The notes beneath the pieces are model-generated. The model was given only the letters and a program-made list of their open reading frames with translations, was not told where the DNA came from and did not search any database. From assembly GCA_013239625.1 (NCBI GenBank), contig MU057073.1, positions 3,266,022 to 3,330,021 on the forward strand: a stretch of 64,000 bases of DNA. The letters run 5' to 3'. Numbering within the stretch: position 1 is the first letter of the stretch; every line of letters starts with the position of its first letter. The position numbers and the translations under genes were made by a program. Origin of the DNA: Lama guanicoe. Taxonomy: Eukaryota. This document shows, piece by piece, positions 1 through 11,965 of this stretch.

Positions 1-2078
1 ATACCTCCTAACTCATCTTGTGAGGTCAGTATTACCTTGATGCCAAAGCCAAACAAAGACATCACAAGAAAAGAAAACTACAAACTAATATTCCTTTCAA
101 ATATTGACTCAAAAATCCTCCATAAAACACTAGCAAACTAAACCCAGCAACACATAAAAGGGATTTACACTACGACAAAGTGGTGTTTATCTTAGGAAAG
201 CAAGGTTGCTCGAATACCCAAAAGTCAATCAATTTAATGCCATGGTGTATTAGTAAAGGGTAAAAAACACATGATCATCTCAATAGATACAAAAAAGAAT
301 TTGAAAAAAATCTAATACTCTTTTTAAGGTGTTTCACTCAGCAAATCTGAAATAGAAGGGAATGTTCTCAAACTAATGAAAAGCATCTATAAAAAACTCA
401 TATCCTGCTTAGTGGTGAAAGACTTTGCCCCTAATATCAGGAATAAGACCAGATGCCTACTCTCTTTACTTCTACCCAACATTGTAAAGAAAGTTTTAGC
501 CAGGGAAATGAAACAAGAAATAGAAATAAAGGCATATAGATTGTAAAAGAAGAAATAAAATTGTCTTTATTTACAAATGACATGATGTTGTGTATAGAAA
601 ATCCTAAGGAACACACTCACACATTCTCTTAGAACTAATAAATGAGTTTAGTAAGGTTGCAGGAAACAAAATCAATAAACAACAATCCATTGTGTTTCTA
701 TACAGTATCACTGAATAAACCAAAAATGAAATTAAGAAGACAGTTCTATTTGCAATAGTATCAAAATGACAAACTACTCAGGAATAAATCTAACAGGACA
801 AGTGGAGGCCTTGTACACTAGAAAGTATAAACATCATTGAAAGAAATTTTTAAAATCCTAAATAAAAGGAGAGACATCCCATGTTCATAGATTGGAAGAG
901 TCAGTGTTGTTAAAATAGCAACACTCCCCAAATTGATACAGAGTCAGGGCAATCTCTATCAAAATCCTAGCCGGCTTTTCTCAGACATTGACAAGCTGAT
1001 TCTTAAATATATATGGAAATGCAAGGGCCCAGAATGACCAAGGAATCCTGAAAAAGAAAAATAAATTTGGAGGACTCCAACTCTCCGATTTAAAAACCTA
1101 CTACAAAGTTACAGTAATCAAGAGTGTGGCACTGGTATCAGAACAGGCGTATAGATTACTAGAACAGATCTGAGGGTCCAGAAATTAACACTTACATGTA
1201 CATTTATGACTTTTGAGAAGGGTGTCAAGAAAGCTCAATGCTCCGTCTTTTCAACCACTGGTGCTGATAGGACTGAATATCCACATGCAAAAAAATGAAG
1301 TTGGGACCCTACCTCACACCTTATACAAATTTAAAGTGACCACAGATCTAAATTTAAGAGAATCTAAAACTATAAAACCCTTAGAAGAAAACTCAGGTTG
1401 TATATCTTCCTGACCTAGAATTAGATAATGGTTTCTTAGCTACAACATCTAAAATACATGCAACCAAAGAAAAAGTAGATGGGTTAAATTTCATCCAAAT
1501 TAATAACTGTTGTGCTTCAGAGGGCTTCATTAAGGAAGTGAAAATAAATCCCATCAAGCGGGAGAAAATGTTTGCAAAGGAGATATCTGGTAAGTTTCTA
1601 GTCTCCAGAATGTATAAAGAACTCATACAACTGAATAATTCAGAAAGCCCCAATAACCCAATTTTAAAAGTGTGCAAATGGTCTGAATAGAAATTTGTCC
1701 AAAGAAAATATACAAATGGCCGATAAGCACACGAAGAGATGTTCAACATCATTAGTCATTAGGGAAATGGCAATCCAAACCGCAAAGAGGTATCACTTCA
1801 CACCGACTTGGGTAACTGTAATGGGAAAGACACACAGTAACTAGTCTCAGCGAGGACGTGGAACCCTCAGCCACTGCTAATGGGAATGCAAAATGGTGCA
1901 GCCGCTTTGGAAAACACTTCCTCAAAGGTAGACTTACCATATGACTCAGCAGTTTCACTCTTCAATATATGCCTAAGAGAACTGAAAACGTTTTCACACA
2001 AAATATTGTACTCAAATGTTCATAGCAGAATGATTCATAATAGCCCAGATTGCAAACAACCCAAATGTCCATCAACTG
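1..2078 (+). mobile_element. LINE-1 (old L1MA/L1MB-like) ORF2 RT and C-terminal region, degenerate; runs off the left edge
   Basis: Typical L1 ORF2 sequence throughout. The RT motif is degenerate (TTGTCTTTATTTACAAATGACATGATG = LSLFTNDMM, for LSLFADDM) at ~561-587. There are many stops and frameshifts. It ends abruptly after CAACCCAAATGTCCATCAACTGA. Confidence 0.95.
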
Positions 2079-3349
2079 AGGTCAGGCCCCCAGGATGTCA
2101 TCGCGGCTGCAGCAGCAGCCCCCCGGGGCCGGGACTGCACACTTCCTGCCCCACAACATGAGACTTGCTTCTGTCCCAACTGAAAGATCACTCTACTTGG
2201 TCCTGTGGTCACTGAGAATACACCTCAGAGGAAGAGAGGACACTCATGGTATCCACGCTGAGCAGGGTTGTTTCTAAAGCAAAGTGCGCTGCTGGCCGGG
2301 AGAGTAGGGCTGAGAGGGTGGTCCGGGCTGGGCATTTGGGTTCTAGCCCTACTGTCTGGCTTGGTGACCCTCTACAGTCCTATAAATCTGTTCAGCCTCT
2401 CAGCCCTGGAGAGTTTCAGGGACCCCACGTCCCTGAAGACGAGGATATGGCCCTAAAAGCAGGACAGGCCCACCTGGCCAGCCTGGGGCTCAGCCAGCAC
2501 TGGGGACATCCTGATTCTGCAGCCAGTCTGCAAATGTGTGCTGGGTACCCACTCAGAGCCCGGCCCCTCGGTTCCCTGGGACGGGGAGGCAGAAGGCCCA
2601 GCCTTTACAAGCTCAGGGCTGATCCAGCTGTCAGAGCAAAGATGTCTGGAGTCATTAGAGGTAGGGGAGGAGCTCAGGGGACCCAAAGCTCTCAAGGAAT
2701 CCTTGGAGGAAGTGATCAGAACCATATTATGAAGTCACATCTCAGTGGTCTGCGAGAGAAGGGGTAGGACTGATCTAGAAAGAACACGTGCATGCCTGTG
2801 TCTATGTAGATGTTTTCCAGGCAAAGCAAGGAGCCCGCCAGTGAGCTCAGCCTAAGACTTGCCTAGGCCAGCTGTAGCGCCGACAGGGGCTCCTGCCTGG
2901 GCCCGCCTGGACGCAGCGCCTGCTGCTCGTGAGATGGCCAACTAGAGATGAGGCCGCCCTGGAGAAGGCTGGCTTCCAGGTGCTGGGTTCAGAAGGCGCG
3001 GATACGATGTACGTGAGCTGCTAAGGGGAGTCCGAGGAAACCCAGATCCCCGCAGAGAAAAGCGCGGGCTGGCGGGTGGGGTGGGGGGTGACAGCACGCC
3101 AGAGTTTCCCAGCAGGCCTCCACCTCAGCCCACCAGCGGGTGGCTTGGGGGTCAGCTGGCTTTCTCTGCCCTGGGGGAGAGGACCCACCCAGAGCTGACC
3201 AGGGGCCTCTGGCCGGTCCCAGTGCTCCATGCTGGTCCCACTTAGATGTGCGGGGCCAATGAGTCCATCACCAGTGCCTACGGGGTGGGTCTTTCCCAAA
3301 TTCCTCAAGGCCTTTCGGCTTCCTAAAACAACTCCAGGCAGGACCAGCT

Positions 3350-3775
3350 TGTGATCAGCAAAATAATGGTCCCAAATGTGTCCATATCTAATTCCTGGAA
3401 TCTGTGACTGTGTGACTTTACATGACAAAGGGACCTTGAGATGTGGCTGAGGATCTGAAGGTGGGGAGATGACCCTGGCTTGTCCAGGTGGGTCCAGCAT
3501 CATCACAGGGGTCCTCATAAGGCCAAGAGAGGCAAGAGGATGGGGGTCAGAGTGAGGAGTCTCTGCTGCCGGTGCTGGCGGGGCAGGTGGAGGCAGGGGC
3601 TGTGAGCCCAGGCATGCAGGCCACCTTCAGAAACAGGAAATGGAGTCTCCTCTTGAGCGTCCAGACAGAACCAGCCCTGCCAATGCCCCCACAGCACGGG
3701 GACCAGGTCAGACCTCTGAACCCTAGGACGGCAAGGTAGGAACTTTGTGTCATTGTCAAGTGGCACGTGTGCAGC
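3350..3775 (+). mobile_element. MaLR LTR (MLT1C/D-like)
   Basis: Starts TGTGATCAGCAAAATAATGGTCCCAAATGTGTCC, then ...GTGACTTTACATGACAAAGGGAC...ATCACAGGGGTCCTCATAAG; matches remembered MLT1 consensus. Confidence 0.85.
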
Positions 3776-4129
3776 GATGCCTTCCCAGCACCAGGGGAGT
3801 GATGCTCAGATCAAACCTGCCTGGAGGAAGCCTGAGAAATCAGCCACTGTCTCCCCTCCCTGAGACCCCAAAGGGAAGTGGCCATCATGACTGTCACCAG
3901 CGCTGGAACCAGCCATGCAGGCAGCCCGGCCCTAGCTCGCCAGCTTCTCCAAATCCAAGCTCTCCATGTGGAGTGGGCAGGGCAGCAAGGCACCGCCCTG
4001 ACTTCTACCCTCACTGATGCCTCCTCGATCTGGGCTTCTCCTGGAAAGCAGGGACGTGCTCTCCATTCTCCAGGCTCAAGAGGACATGGAGGCTGCCCCA
4101 ATCTCCAGGAGAGGAGTCAACTGGGTGCA

Positions 4130-4520
4130 AAGGGAACAGTGTGGGGCAGGCGGGGTGGGCAGGAGAAAGCCTTGATCAAGGGATCCCCAGTGCAGGGAAG
4201 CTCCCAGAAGCAAGCTGGGGCCAGTAGGGCATTTGCAGAGGGCACAAGTGGAACAGGCCCGAAGGGAGACTGCCTGGATGGGAGACTGAGCTGCATGGAG
4301 GATCCTGAATGCTGGGGCCCCACCTCAAAGACCGAGCGTGCAGCAGAGGACTGCAGACCTGTGCCGGGGCACCTGGGAGCCAGGTGGGTTCTAGAGGGCT
4401 CTCTCCAAGTAGTCAAGGAAAAGGCAGGGGTGAGACTGGAGACTGAGGCCAGGGAGGAGGCCAGAGGGGACCGGTTCGGCCCACAGGGCAGTGGGATGGA
4501 GAAGGGGGACCAGCCCAGAC
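4130..4520 (-). mobile_element. L2 fragment (highly diverged)
   Basis: GAGACTGGAGACTGAGGCCAGGGAGGAGGCC...GGGCAGTGGGATGGAGAAG resembles antisense L2 3' region. Confidence 0.45.
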
Positions 4521-4659
4521 CCCCTACCTGGGATGGGTGGCTGGGATGGGGGTGCCAGGGCCTGCTCTTCCCAGAAAAGGTAACTCATGGTGGGGCTTTG
4601 GGAGAAGGAGCCGGACCCCAACTGAGGACTGGGCCCTGGGTCCTGGAGGCCTGGCCCCT

Positions 4660-5000
4660 GGCCCACTTCCTCCTGTGGCCCGCCTGGGCCCAGCCCCGAC
4701 GCCCAGCCCCACCAGGCCCCCTGCGCGCGCCCACTGCTTGGGGGAGCTTCCTTCTGAGGAGCTCTGCTTGCACGTCCCCCTGGGGGAGCGCCGGCGCGCC
4801 CCTCGGCCCGAGGCTCCCGGCTCTCATTACCTCTAATGAGCCCATGTGAGGCCTGGCCAGGCAGTTAGGAGTGCCAGGCCTCCCGTGACCGCTCCTCGGA
4901 GTCAGGCAGGCGTGCGGCCCCGGCCGAGCCGCCCACCGCCTCGTAATGAGAGGGCGAAATCCGGGAATTAATGAGGATGGGGAAATTAATCACAGGTTGC
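4660..5000. promoter_or_regulatory. CpG-rich candidate enhancer with homeodomain-site cluster
   Basis: CTCATTA 4823-4829; TAATGAG 4834-4840, 4944-4950 and 4969-4975; TAATCA 4987-4992. All lie in CpG-dense, non-repeat DNA. Confidence 0.55.
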
Positions 5001-5184
5001 TGGGCTGGGCTGCATCCCGGGAGGCATTCTGCAGGTTTGGAGCCTCAGACCCCCGGCTCCAGATCCGGGGGTGGGGGTGGGGGGCAGGAGGAGCAATCTG
5101 GGCTCCAGGATCAGGCCATCAACACATATGGAGCCTTCCTGGCCTGCCGGACACTGGGGGCAGAGTTGTGGCAACAGCAGGAGC

Positions 5185-5310
5185 CTTGAGGATGGAGGCT
5201 GAGTTCTGGCCCTGCCATGTGCTGTGTGACCTGGGGCTGGGTGCTTAACCTCTCTGAGCTCCAGTGTCCTCCAACTCACAAAGGAAGATAACCTGGTGTG
5301 GTAGTAATGC
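5185..5310 (+). mobile_element. MIR SINE
   Basis: GGCCCTGCCATGTGCTGTGTGACCTGGGG...CTTAACCTCTCTGAGCTCCAGTG matches the MIR core. Confidence 0.8.
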
Positions 5311-8300
5311 CAGTGATTTGCAGTGATGCCCACTGACCCCACAGCAGATCACTGGAGACAGGGCCCCCTTCCCCTCCCCAGGAGCTCATGTCTAGCCCAC
5401 CCAGAGGATTAAAAAATCCACTCACATGATGAGAACCCCAGGCGGTGTCCCTGGACTTCCAGGGCTGCCCTGTCTTCAGTCTCTCCCCACTGCCTCTCAG
5501 GAGAGGGGAGGGGAGGGCAAGGAGGGGCTGCCAACACGTGCACGGCACAGCTTGCGTGCGTGCTCTGAGCTGGGGAAGAGCGGGAGCTCTCGCTCGTCTT
5601 GTTTGGTGGTGCTACTCAGAGGACAGCAGGTGAGACACTGCAACGACACCCCTCATTGGGCCAACAGGGTGGGTGCCGGTCGCCAGGCTGAGGACATGGC
5701 TGTGAGTCCCATGTGTCTGGAGGGAGGCTGAGGCCTTCCCACTCCACGCCCCCACCTGGTCTCAGCCCTGGGCTCGCTGCGGGGTGACGTGGGTGTAACA
5801 CAAAGTCTGGAGTATCATCAGAAGGCAAAACAAACAGCACAGCACATCCAAAAATGGGGCCTGGGGCATATTTGATGGAGGACAAAGACATTACAGATGT
5901 GTTTTCAATCACCTTCTAAGAAAGTAAGTTTCTCGAAAAGAAATTTGGCCTGCCAGCCTCCTTCCCTCTGTAGCAGCTCACAAGGGGCACAGGTGGGTGG
6001 GGGTGGGCGTGGGTCGGCCCAGGGAAGCCCAGGTCTGCTCAGCTCAGAGGTGGCCTGTGGGCAAAGGGGAGCTTCCAGGAGGGGACAGGCCTGATTTCAG
6101 GGTGAGGATGGAGCTGGGGGTTGGGGGGTGGGCTCATGGGGCTGGGCTCATTCCAGAATCAGGTGTCTTTGCTGAGGGGCTGCTCTGGCATCGGCCCTGG
6201 GAAACCCTGATGGATGTGCTGGCTGGTGCAACCTGTGGCCCGAGCCTTGACCCGGCTCACCTGATGCTGCCAGGGTTGGCCCTTCGCGGTGGCTCACAGT
6301 TTTGTGGTGGGTGGCCAGATGGCTGCTGCTCTCGGCTATTTGACCTGGGCCTCCAGGGAGCCCTGCTGAGCTGCAGATGACAAGCAGCAGGACCTGCCCG
6401 CACCCCAGGGGCACAGCCTGGACCTGTGGGGAGGGATGCCTCAGGGCCTCAGGGGAGAGTCTTCTGGCTGTTGGTCCTTGCTGCCTCTCTGAAGACAGCT
6501 TCCCAGGCCTCCAAGGACCAGGACTGCGGGCTTAGGAAGCTGGGTGAGCTCAGGGCTGCCCTGCCTTCTGCTCGCCCACCTCCTTCCCTGCCTGGCTCCC
6601 TCTCCTCCCCACTGCCGCCCCGGCACTGCGCTCTGGTAACTGGCATGGCACAGAAGTTCCTGCCTCCCAACTCCAGGCAACGCCTTTAAAGACATGGATC
6701 AGGGTCTGGGAGCTTGTCCTGGAGGGAGAGGGTGTGGGGAGAAAGCAGGGTGGAGTCGGGGCAGCTCTTGGGGAGGAGAAGACAGAGGGGCCAAGGGCAA
6801 GAGGAGAGCTGCTCCCATCATGTCCTCTCCTCCAGGCAGCCTTCCTTGACACCCCAGCTGGCCTAGGCCCCCCTGGCCCACTGTGGTTCCTCATTGCACT
6901 CATTTGCCCCACCCCACCCTGGCCACCCGGGGAGTTCCTCCAGGCAGGTCCACATCCCACTCACGTCCAGGACCCAGGGCCGAGCATCGGGTGTGGCCTC
7001 GAAGCAGACCGAGGTAGGCGGAGCAGCCGGTGAAAAACAAGCACTCCTCAGAGCCCTGTACGGAACACCGGGCCCTTTCCTGCTGGAGAGACTGCGGTTT
7101 GGGCCAGGCCTCTGCTTGGCTTCTGGAATCACGGGTGGGCGGCCTGGAGAGGATGGGGGAACCCGTGTTCATGCTAATTGAGTAAGCCTGTTGGCTGTGC
7201 CTCCATAAAGGTTTTCCTGGTTGCCTTAATAATAAAATGTTTTATAGCATCAAATATTCCTCCTCGTTAGCCCAGAAAGGTCAGGGAGCTGCGCCTTTTG
7301 CGTTTCCTGGGTAATTCGGTCTGACCTTTAGTTAGCGACAGAGGCCTGCTGCTGTCCCGAGCTGGCGAGAGGACCCTGCATTTGGCTTGGCCCTTTTGCT
7401 GCTGCCTTTGACTCCTTGATTGCCTGGGGACACCCAGCCTCAGTTTCCCCACCCCTGCAATGAGTTGATTGGCCCAGTGAGCTAGGGCAGCCTAGGGCCT
7501 TTGGGTTCACATTCTGGTTCAGTCTGGTCAGAGTTGCTTTCTGGCAAAGGGTGGGTGGGGTCTGGGCCCCTTGCCCCAGTTTCATGGCACCCAGGCCAAG
7601 AAGCCTCCATCCTGCTCTGGGGCCCTGGGAGCGGGCAGCGGAAGGGACCCTTTATGGACGGCGTTCTTGGAGAGATGGTGTGGGTCGCCAGAGATGAGCT
7701 CACTCTTAGCCGCCATCCATTAGGAGTTAAGAAACCCTCCTCCCTAGAAACACCCACCCCTTGGTAACCTCAGGCCAGACGCAGCGACTAAAAGCAGAAA
7801 TCAGAGAGGTGGGAAGCTCCGACGGATCGGAGCAGCGGGACAGGCAAGACTGCAGGGCGCGCACTCTGGGCCGGGCCCCACCCCCTCTGCCAAAAGGGTG
7901 CAGCTGTCATTTCCATTGTGCAGACAATGCAACTGAGGCCCCACTGGGTACATGCTGTGGAGGTGGGCTTTGCATGGGGGAGGAGGGGAGGGAAAGGGGA
8001 GCACGAGGCAGAAAAGGGTGTGCGCCCTCTCACCCTTCACCCTTCCTGCCACTTTTGCTGGGAAGTGGAACTTGCAGGAAATGAGGGGTTCTGACTCGCA
8101 GCCCAAAGTACCGTCTGTCTGCACTGGATGTGGTGGGGAGAGCTGGGCTTGGAGCAGACGGGGGCTGGCGCAAGGGTGCGCAGGGAGCTCGGCCCAGCGA
8201 CGGGGTGGCTGGGCTCAGCAAATGGTGGAAAGCCGGGTGGGGCCCGCCCTTCCCATGATAAATGTGGTGATTTGTGGACAGCCGTCAACGTGGATGGGAA

Positions 8301-9599
8301 AAGCCCGAGAAACTCAAGAAACACCCTTTGCACAAAAACCTCTTTAGAAAAATCAGCAGGGAACAGAAGCCTGCCTGCCAGAGGCTCCAGCTTGCCCCGC
8401 CGGCTCCCTGAGCTCCTCGGGCCCAGTTATTTGGGAACAACACCCAAGATCAACTTTAGAGACACCTCTCCCTGCAAGGAGAAGGTGGGACGCTTGAGAA
8501 GAGCGTGAGGAGGAGAAAAACACGGAACCTTCTTCCACTCGCCAGGTTCACACTTCGAAACGAGAGGCGAATGTTGGGGAACATGTCAGAGGTTCCAGCC
8601 TCTGTGAGCAGCACACAGCCTGGAGAGAAGGCAGGAGGCTGGGGCTGGGCTGCGTGGGGCCCGTGGGCTCCTCTCAGAGCAGGCAGAGCCCCAGATGGGC
8701 AGGGACAGCCTCAGGCCACACTGAGGGACCCAGGTTGTCCAGAGAAAGGCTGTGTCAGAGGATGGGGTATTTAACCACAGGACAGGAAGACTCGAGTCGC
8801 GGGTGGGGTTGGGCTCAACGTGAGAACTGGCCTCCCGTGTCTATAAAGCTCCGGGGCAGAAGGAACCAGAGAAGGTTCTGGAAACAGGGGATGCCTCCTT
8901 GGTGCCCAGCCCTGCGCCCATTCGAACTCAGACCTGACCTCACTGTCTCTCGTTGTCCTGTGAGGAGACAAGGTCCCAGGAGCCAGCTTGTCCGCGGGCT
9001 TTCCCTGCACCCAGCTGTCTCCTGGCAGTGGGCCAAGGGCCACCTTCTTCCAGAAGCAGCAGAAGGATTCTCACTGCTGTTCCTGCAGGTCCCAGGTTTG
9101 GGAGTGAACCAGGAGGAGGGTGGGTAGACTCCTGGGGTGTCTGTTACCATCTCCTCCTTCAGGGATCCCTCTCTGGCCCCGGAATGTTCTCTTGGTCTGG
9201 ATACAACCAAGCTCCAAGGGAGCCAGTTATCCCGCCATCAACAGAAGGCCCCGTGCATGGCCCCGGGCAGCAGAGCATGTGCTTAGGGCCAGCGGGTCAG
9301 TTTTCACCTGGCCTCTGGAAGCTTCTTACACTTAGAGCCAGGCTGCGGTGAGCCCCCTGTCCCTGGAGGGTCTCTCATCTTGCAGGGATGGGGGTGGAGG
9401 GTTTCAGGCGGAGGCTGAGATCAGAATCCCTGCCCCTGAGGTCTTTGTAGTGCTCAGGCCAGAGGTGGGGCTGGGAGGCAGTGCGGCAGACCAGTGTGGC
9501 CTTGCAGCTCTGCCCCTGTCCATGCCCACCGGGGCAGACTCCGAAGGGGCCTCTCGGAGCTCCAGAGTCCACGGCATCCATGGGGCTCCTGCCTCCAAG

Positions 9600-9920
9600 G
9601 GTCTGTGAGGGTGGAGGCGCCGTCTCCTGGGCCGAGCGCCCTGGCCGGCCCACTGATTGGCACTCTGGTCCTGCGCTCAGCAGGTGGATGTGCTGCCCGC
9701 CAGCTCGGGGCGCCCGGGGTGCTGGGGCCGCAGCTGCTACATCCCCTGTTGCGGCGCGGTGGCAGGGGGCCAGGCGCGTGGTGGGAACGCTCACGCCTGC
9801 AGCCCGATGCCGGGGTGCGGGGAAGGCGCTCAGGTACCCAGTGCGCAGCGGGCGGCGGGGCCGGTGCTGATAACAGCTCATTATACCAGCCAGGGCCCCG
9901 TCTTCCTAACGAGTCTCCCC
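9600..9920. promoter_or_regulatory. Small CpG island, promoter- or enhancer-like
   Basis: High CpG density; CTGATTGGC (reverse CCAAT box) 9653-9661; GGCGGGGC GC-box ~9854-9861; TGATAA 9868-9873; CTCATTA 9877-9883. Confidence 0.45.
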
Positions 9921-10299
9921 GGGCTACTGCCTGCAAGAAGCCGAGTGTTCCTTCTGCTTCGGTGGAGATGGAAAAAAGGAAATGTGTACGTGTCTGGTGC
10001 AAGATGAAAAAGAGTTCAGAGAAACTAGACTTTCTAGGTGTAATCAGAAGCTTCTGAACATACCGTTCCCAAACTATAAACTCCTACCTGGAGGATCTGG
10101 GCGTGGGGCAGGCCAGGGCATTCCTGCCTGCAGCTGGCACGGAGGGAAAGACCCCAGTGCCCGCGGGGCCTCAGGCAGCTTGCATCTGGCAGGGAGAGGG
10201 GGGCGCCCCGCTTTTCATTGCGGTTCATTAAATACAGACACACGGACGTTTGCGGCAGCAGAAAGCTGAGTGATTTGTGATAACTGATGACAAACTAAC

Positions 10300-11149
10300 T
10301 CATTTTTAAAAAACTGAAGTCTAGTTGATCTACAATGTTGTGTTAGTTTCTGGTGGACAGCATAGTGATTCAGTTATACATACATATATATATATTCTTT
10401 TTCATATTCTTTTCCATTATAAGCTGTTACAAGTTATTGAATATAGTTCCCTGTGCTTACAATAGGTCCTTGTTTTTATCTATTCTGCATAGAGTAGTTT
10501 GTATCTGCTAATCCCAAACTCCTAATTTATCCCTCTCTCATTCCCCCCCAGTGACCATAAGTTTGTTTCCTAAGTCTGTGAGTCTTTCTATTTTGTAAAA
10601 AGTTTACTTGTGTCGTTTTTCTTTTAGATTCCACATATAAGTGATGATCATGTGGTATTTGTCTTTGTCTGACTTGTTTCACTTAGTATGACAATCTCTA
10701 GGTCCATCCACGTTGCTGAAATGGCACTATTTCATTCTTTTTACGGCTGAGTAGTATTCCATTGCATATAAATACAACTTCTTTACCCAGTCATCTGTCA
10801 GTGGACATTTAGGTTGCTTCCATGTCTTGGCTATTGTAATTAGTCCTGCTATGAACATTGGGGTGCATGTGTCTTTTTGAATTAGAGTTTGTTCCCAATA
10901 TATGCCCAGAAGTGGGGTTGCTGGGTCATAGGGTAACTCTGTTTTCAGCTTGTTTGAGGAATCTCCATATTGTTTTCCATAGTGGCTGCAGCAAACTGCA
11001 TTCCCGCCAACGGAGTAGCAGGTTCCCGCTTCTCCATGCCCTCTCCAGCACTCATCATTTGTGGACTTTTTCATGATGGCCATTCTGACCACTGTGAGGT
11101 GATTCCTCATTGCAGTTTTGATTTGCATGTCTCTGACAGTTAGCGATAT
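10300..11149 (-). mobile_element. Cetartiodactyl/camelid L1 3' end (ORF2 C-terminus and 3'UTR)
   Basis: ACTGAAGTCTAGTTGATCTACAATGTTGTGTTAGTTTC... is the reversed 3'UTR. The supplied ORF 10727-11299 reads the L1 ORF2 C-terminus (ELPYDPATPLLGIY...CTPMFIAGLITIAKTWKQPKCP). Confidence 0.93.
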
Positions 11150-11430
11150 TGTAACCTGAGCCATTTTAAAATGACATTCTAGTGAAGTTGTGTCCCAGAC
11201 TCCTGGGGACGGCTTGTCTGACCAATTCTCTGGAGCCTTCCTCCTCAGAAGAAAGCCCAGAGCACGCTGGTGGTTACTGGGAATCCTGCTCTTTGCCATG
11301 GTCCTTGTACCCCAGGAGTGAACCCTACCCCACGTCCCCCCCTCCCCTCAGCTACAGGAAGCTCCAGCTGCCTGGCCGGTCCCCTTCTGTGAACGTATGG
11401 CTGCCCAGATGCATTTGCCAGGTGACCATA
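11150..11430 (+). mobile_element. ERV LTR 5' fragment
   Basis: Begins TGTAACCTGAG exactly where L1 homology stops. It shares the TGTAACC start with the complete LTR at 53754. No 3' end or TSD found. Confidence 0.5.
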
Positions 11431-11444
11431 GATCCGGGAGGAGC

Positions 11445-11680
11445 CCCTCCTGTGCCCTGAAGACCCAGCTCAGAGACCATCTCCTCCAGAAAGTGGTCCC
11501 CACACCCTCTTGGCTTCCCTCATCCCTGCCAGAGATGGTTGTTCCTTTCTCCAGAACCCTGGGGCCTCCTAGGAGCCCCTCTCGGGTGAGTCAGCCCCTG
11601 GGTGAGAAGCAAACCTCGTTCCACCTGCTTTGGGCACTCCACCGTCCCAAGCACAGGGGTCCTTCAAGACAGGATGAATG
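11445..11680 (+). mobile_element. L2 3' fragment
   Basis: GAAGACCCAGCTCAGAGACCATCTCCTCCAGAAAG...CCCAAGCACAGGG...GGATGAATG resembles the L2 3' end. Confidence 0.6.
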
Positions 11681-11719
11681 TCCCAAGACCATAGAAGCAA
11701 AATTGGTTTTCAAATAGGA

Positions 11720-11965
11720 ATCCTACAGATCCCAGGAGATCCACGTGGCAAAACTTCCTGGTGGTTCTTAATCAAATTACAGGAGAGACTTTACAACAGA
11801 TGGCCTGAGAATGTCAGGGCCAAAAGCGGAGGTCCTGGGATCCAGCAAGGGTTCACAAGAATCAAACCTATTTTCTGCTTTGGTTAGATGGCTAAACTGG
11901 TAGCCAACAGACAGGCACATGCAGATCATGTCTGGCTTTCAGTGAGGGATTTAATTGACACAGTC
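11720..11965 (+). mobile_element. L3/CR1 RT-domain fossil
   Basis: CAGCAAGGGTTCACAAGAATC...CTGGTAG...CTGGCTTTCAGTGAGGGATTT..GACACAGTCCC parallels the CR1 RT motif QHGFTK...RLVD...YLDFSKAFDTVP. Confidence 0.55.

Noticed and set aside
2538-2767. Helical-looking peptide ESLEVGEELRGPKALKESLEEVIRTIL as an exon or pseudogene
   Set aside because: No convincing splice sites and no recognisable homologue; cannot be supported without a search.
3878-4849. Longest ORF (323 aa)
   Set aside because: G/A/P/R-rich composition typical of chance GC-rich frames. No recognisable domain, and it overlaps a probable L2 fossil.
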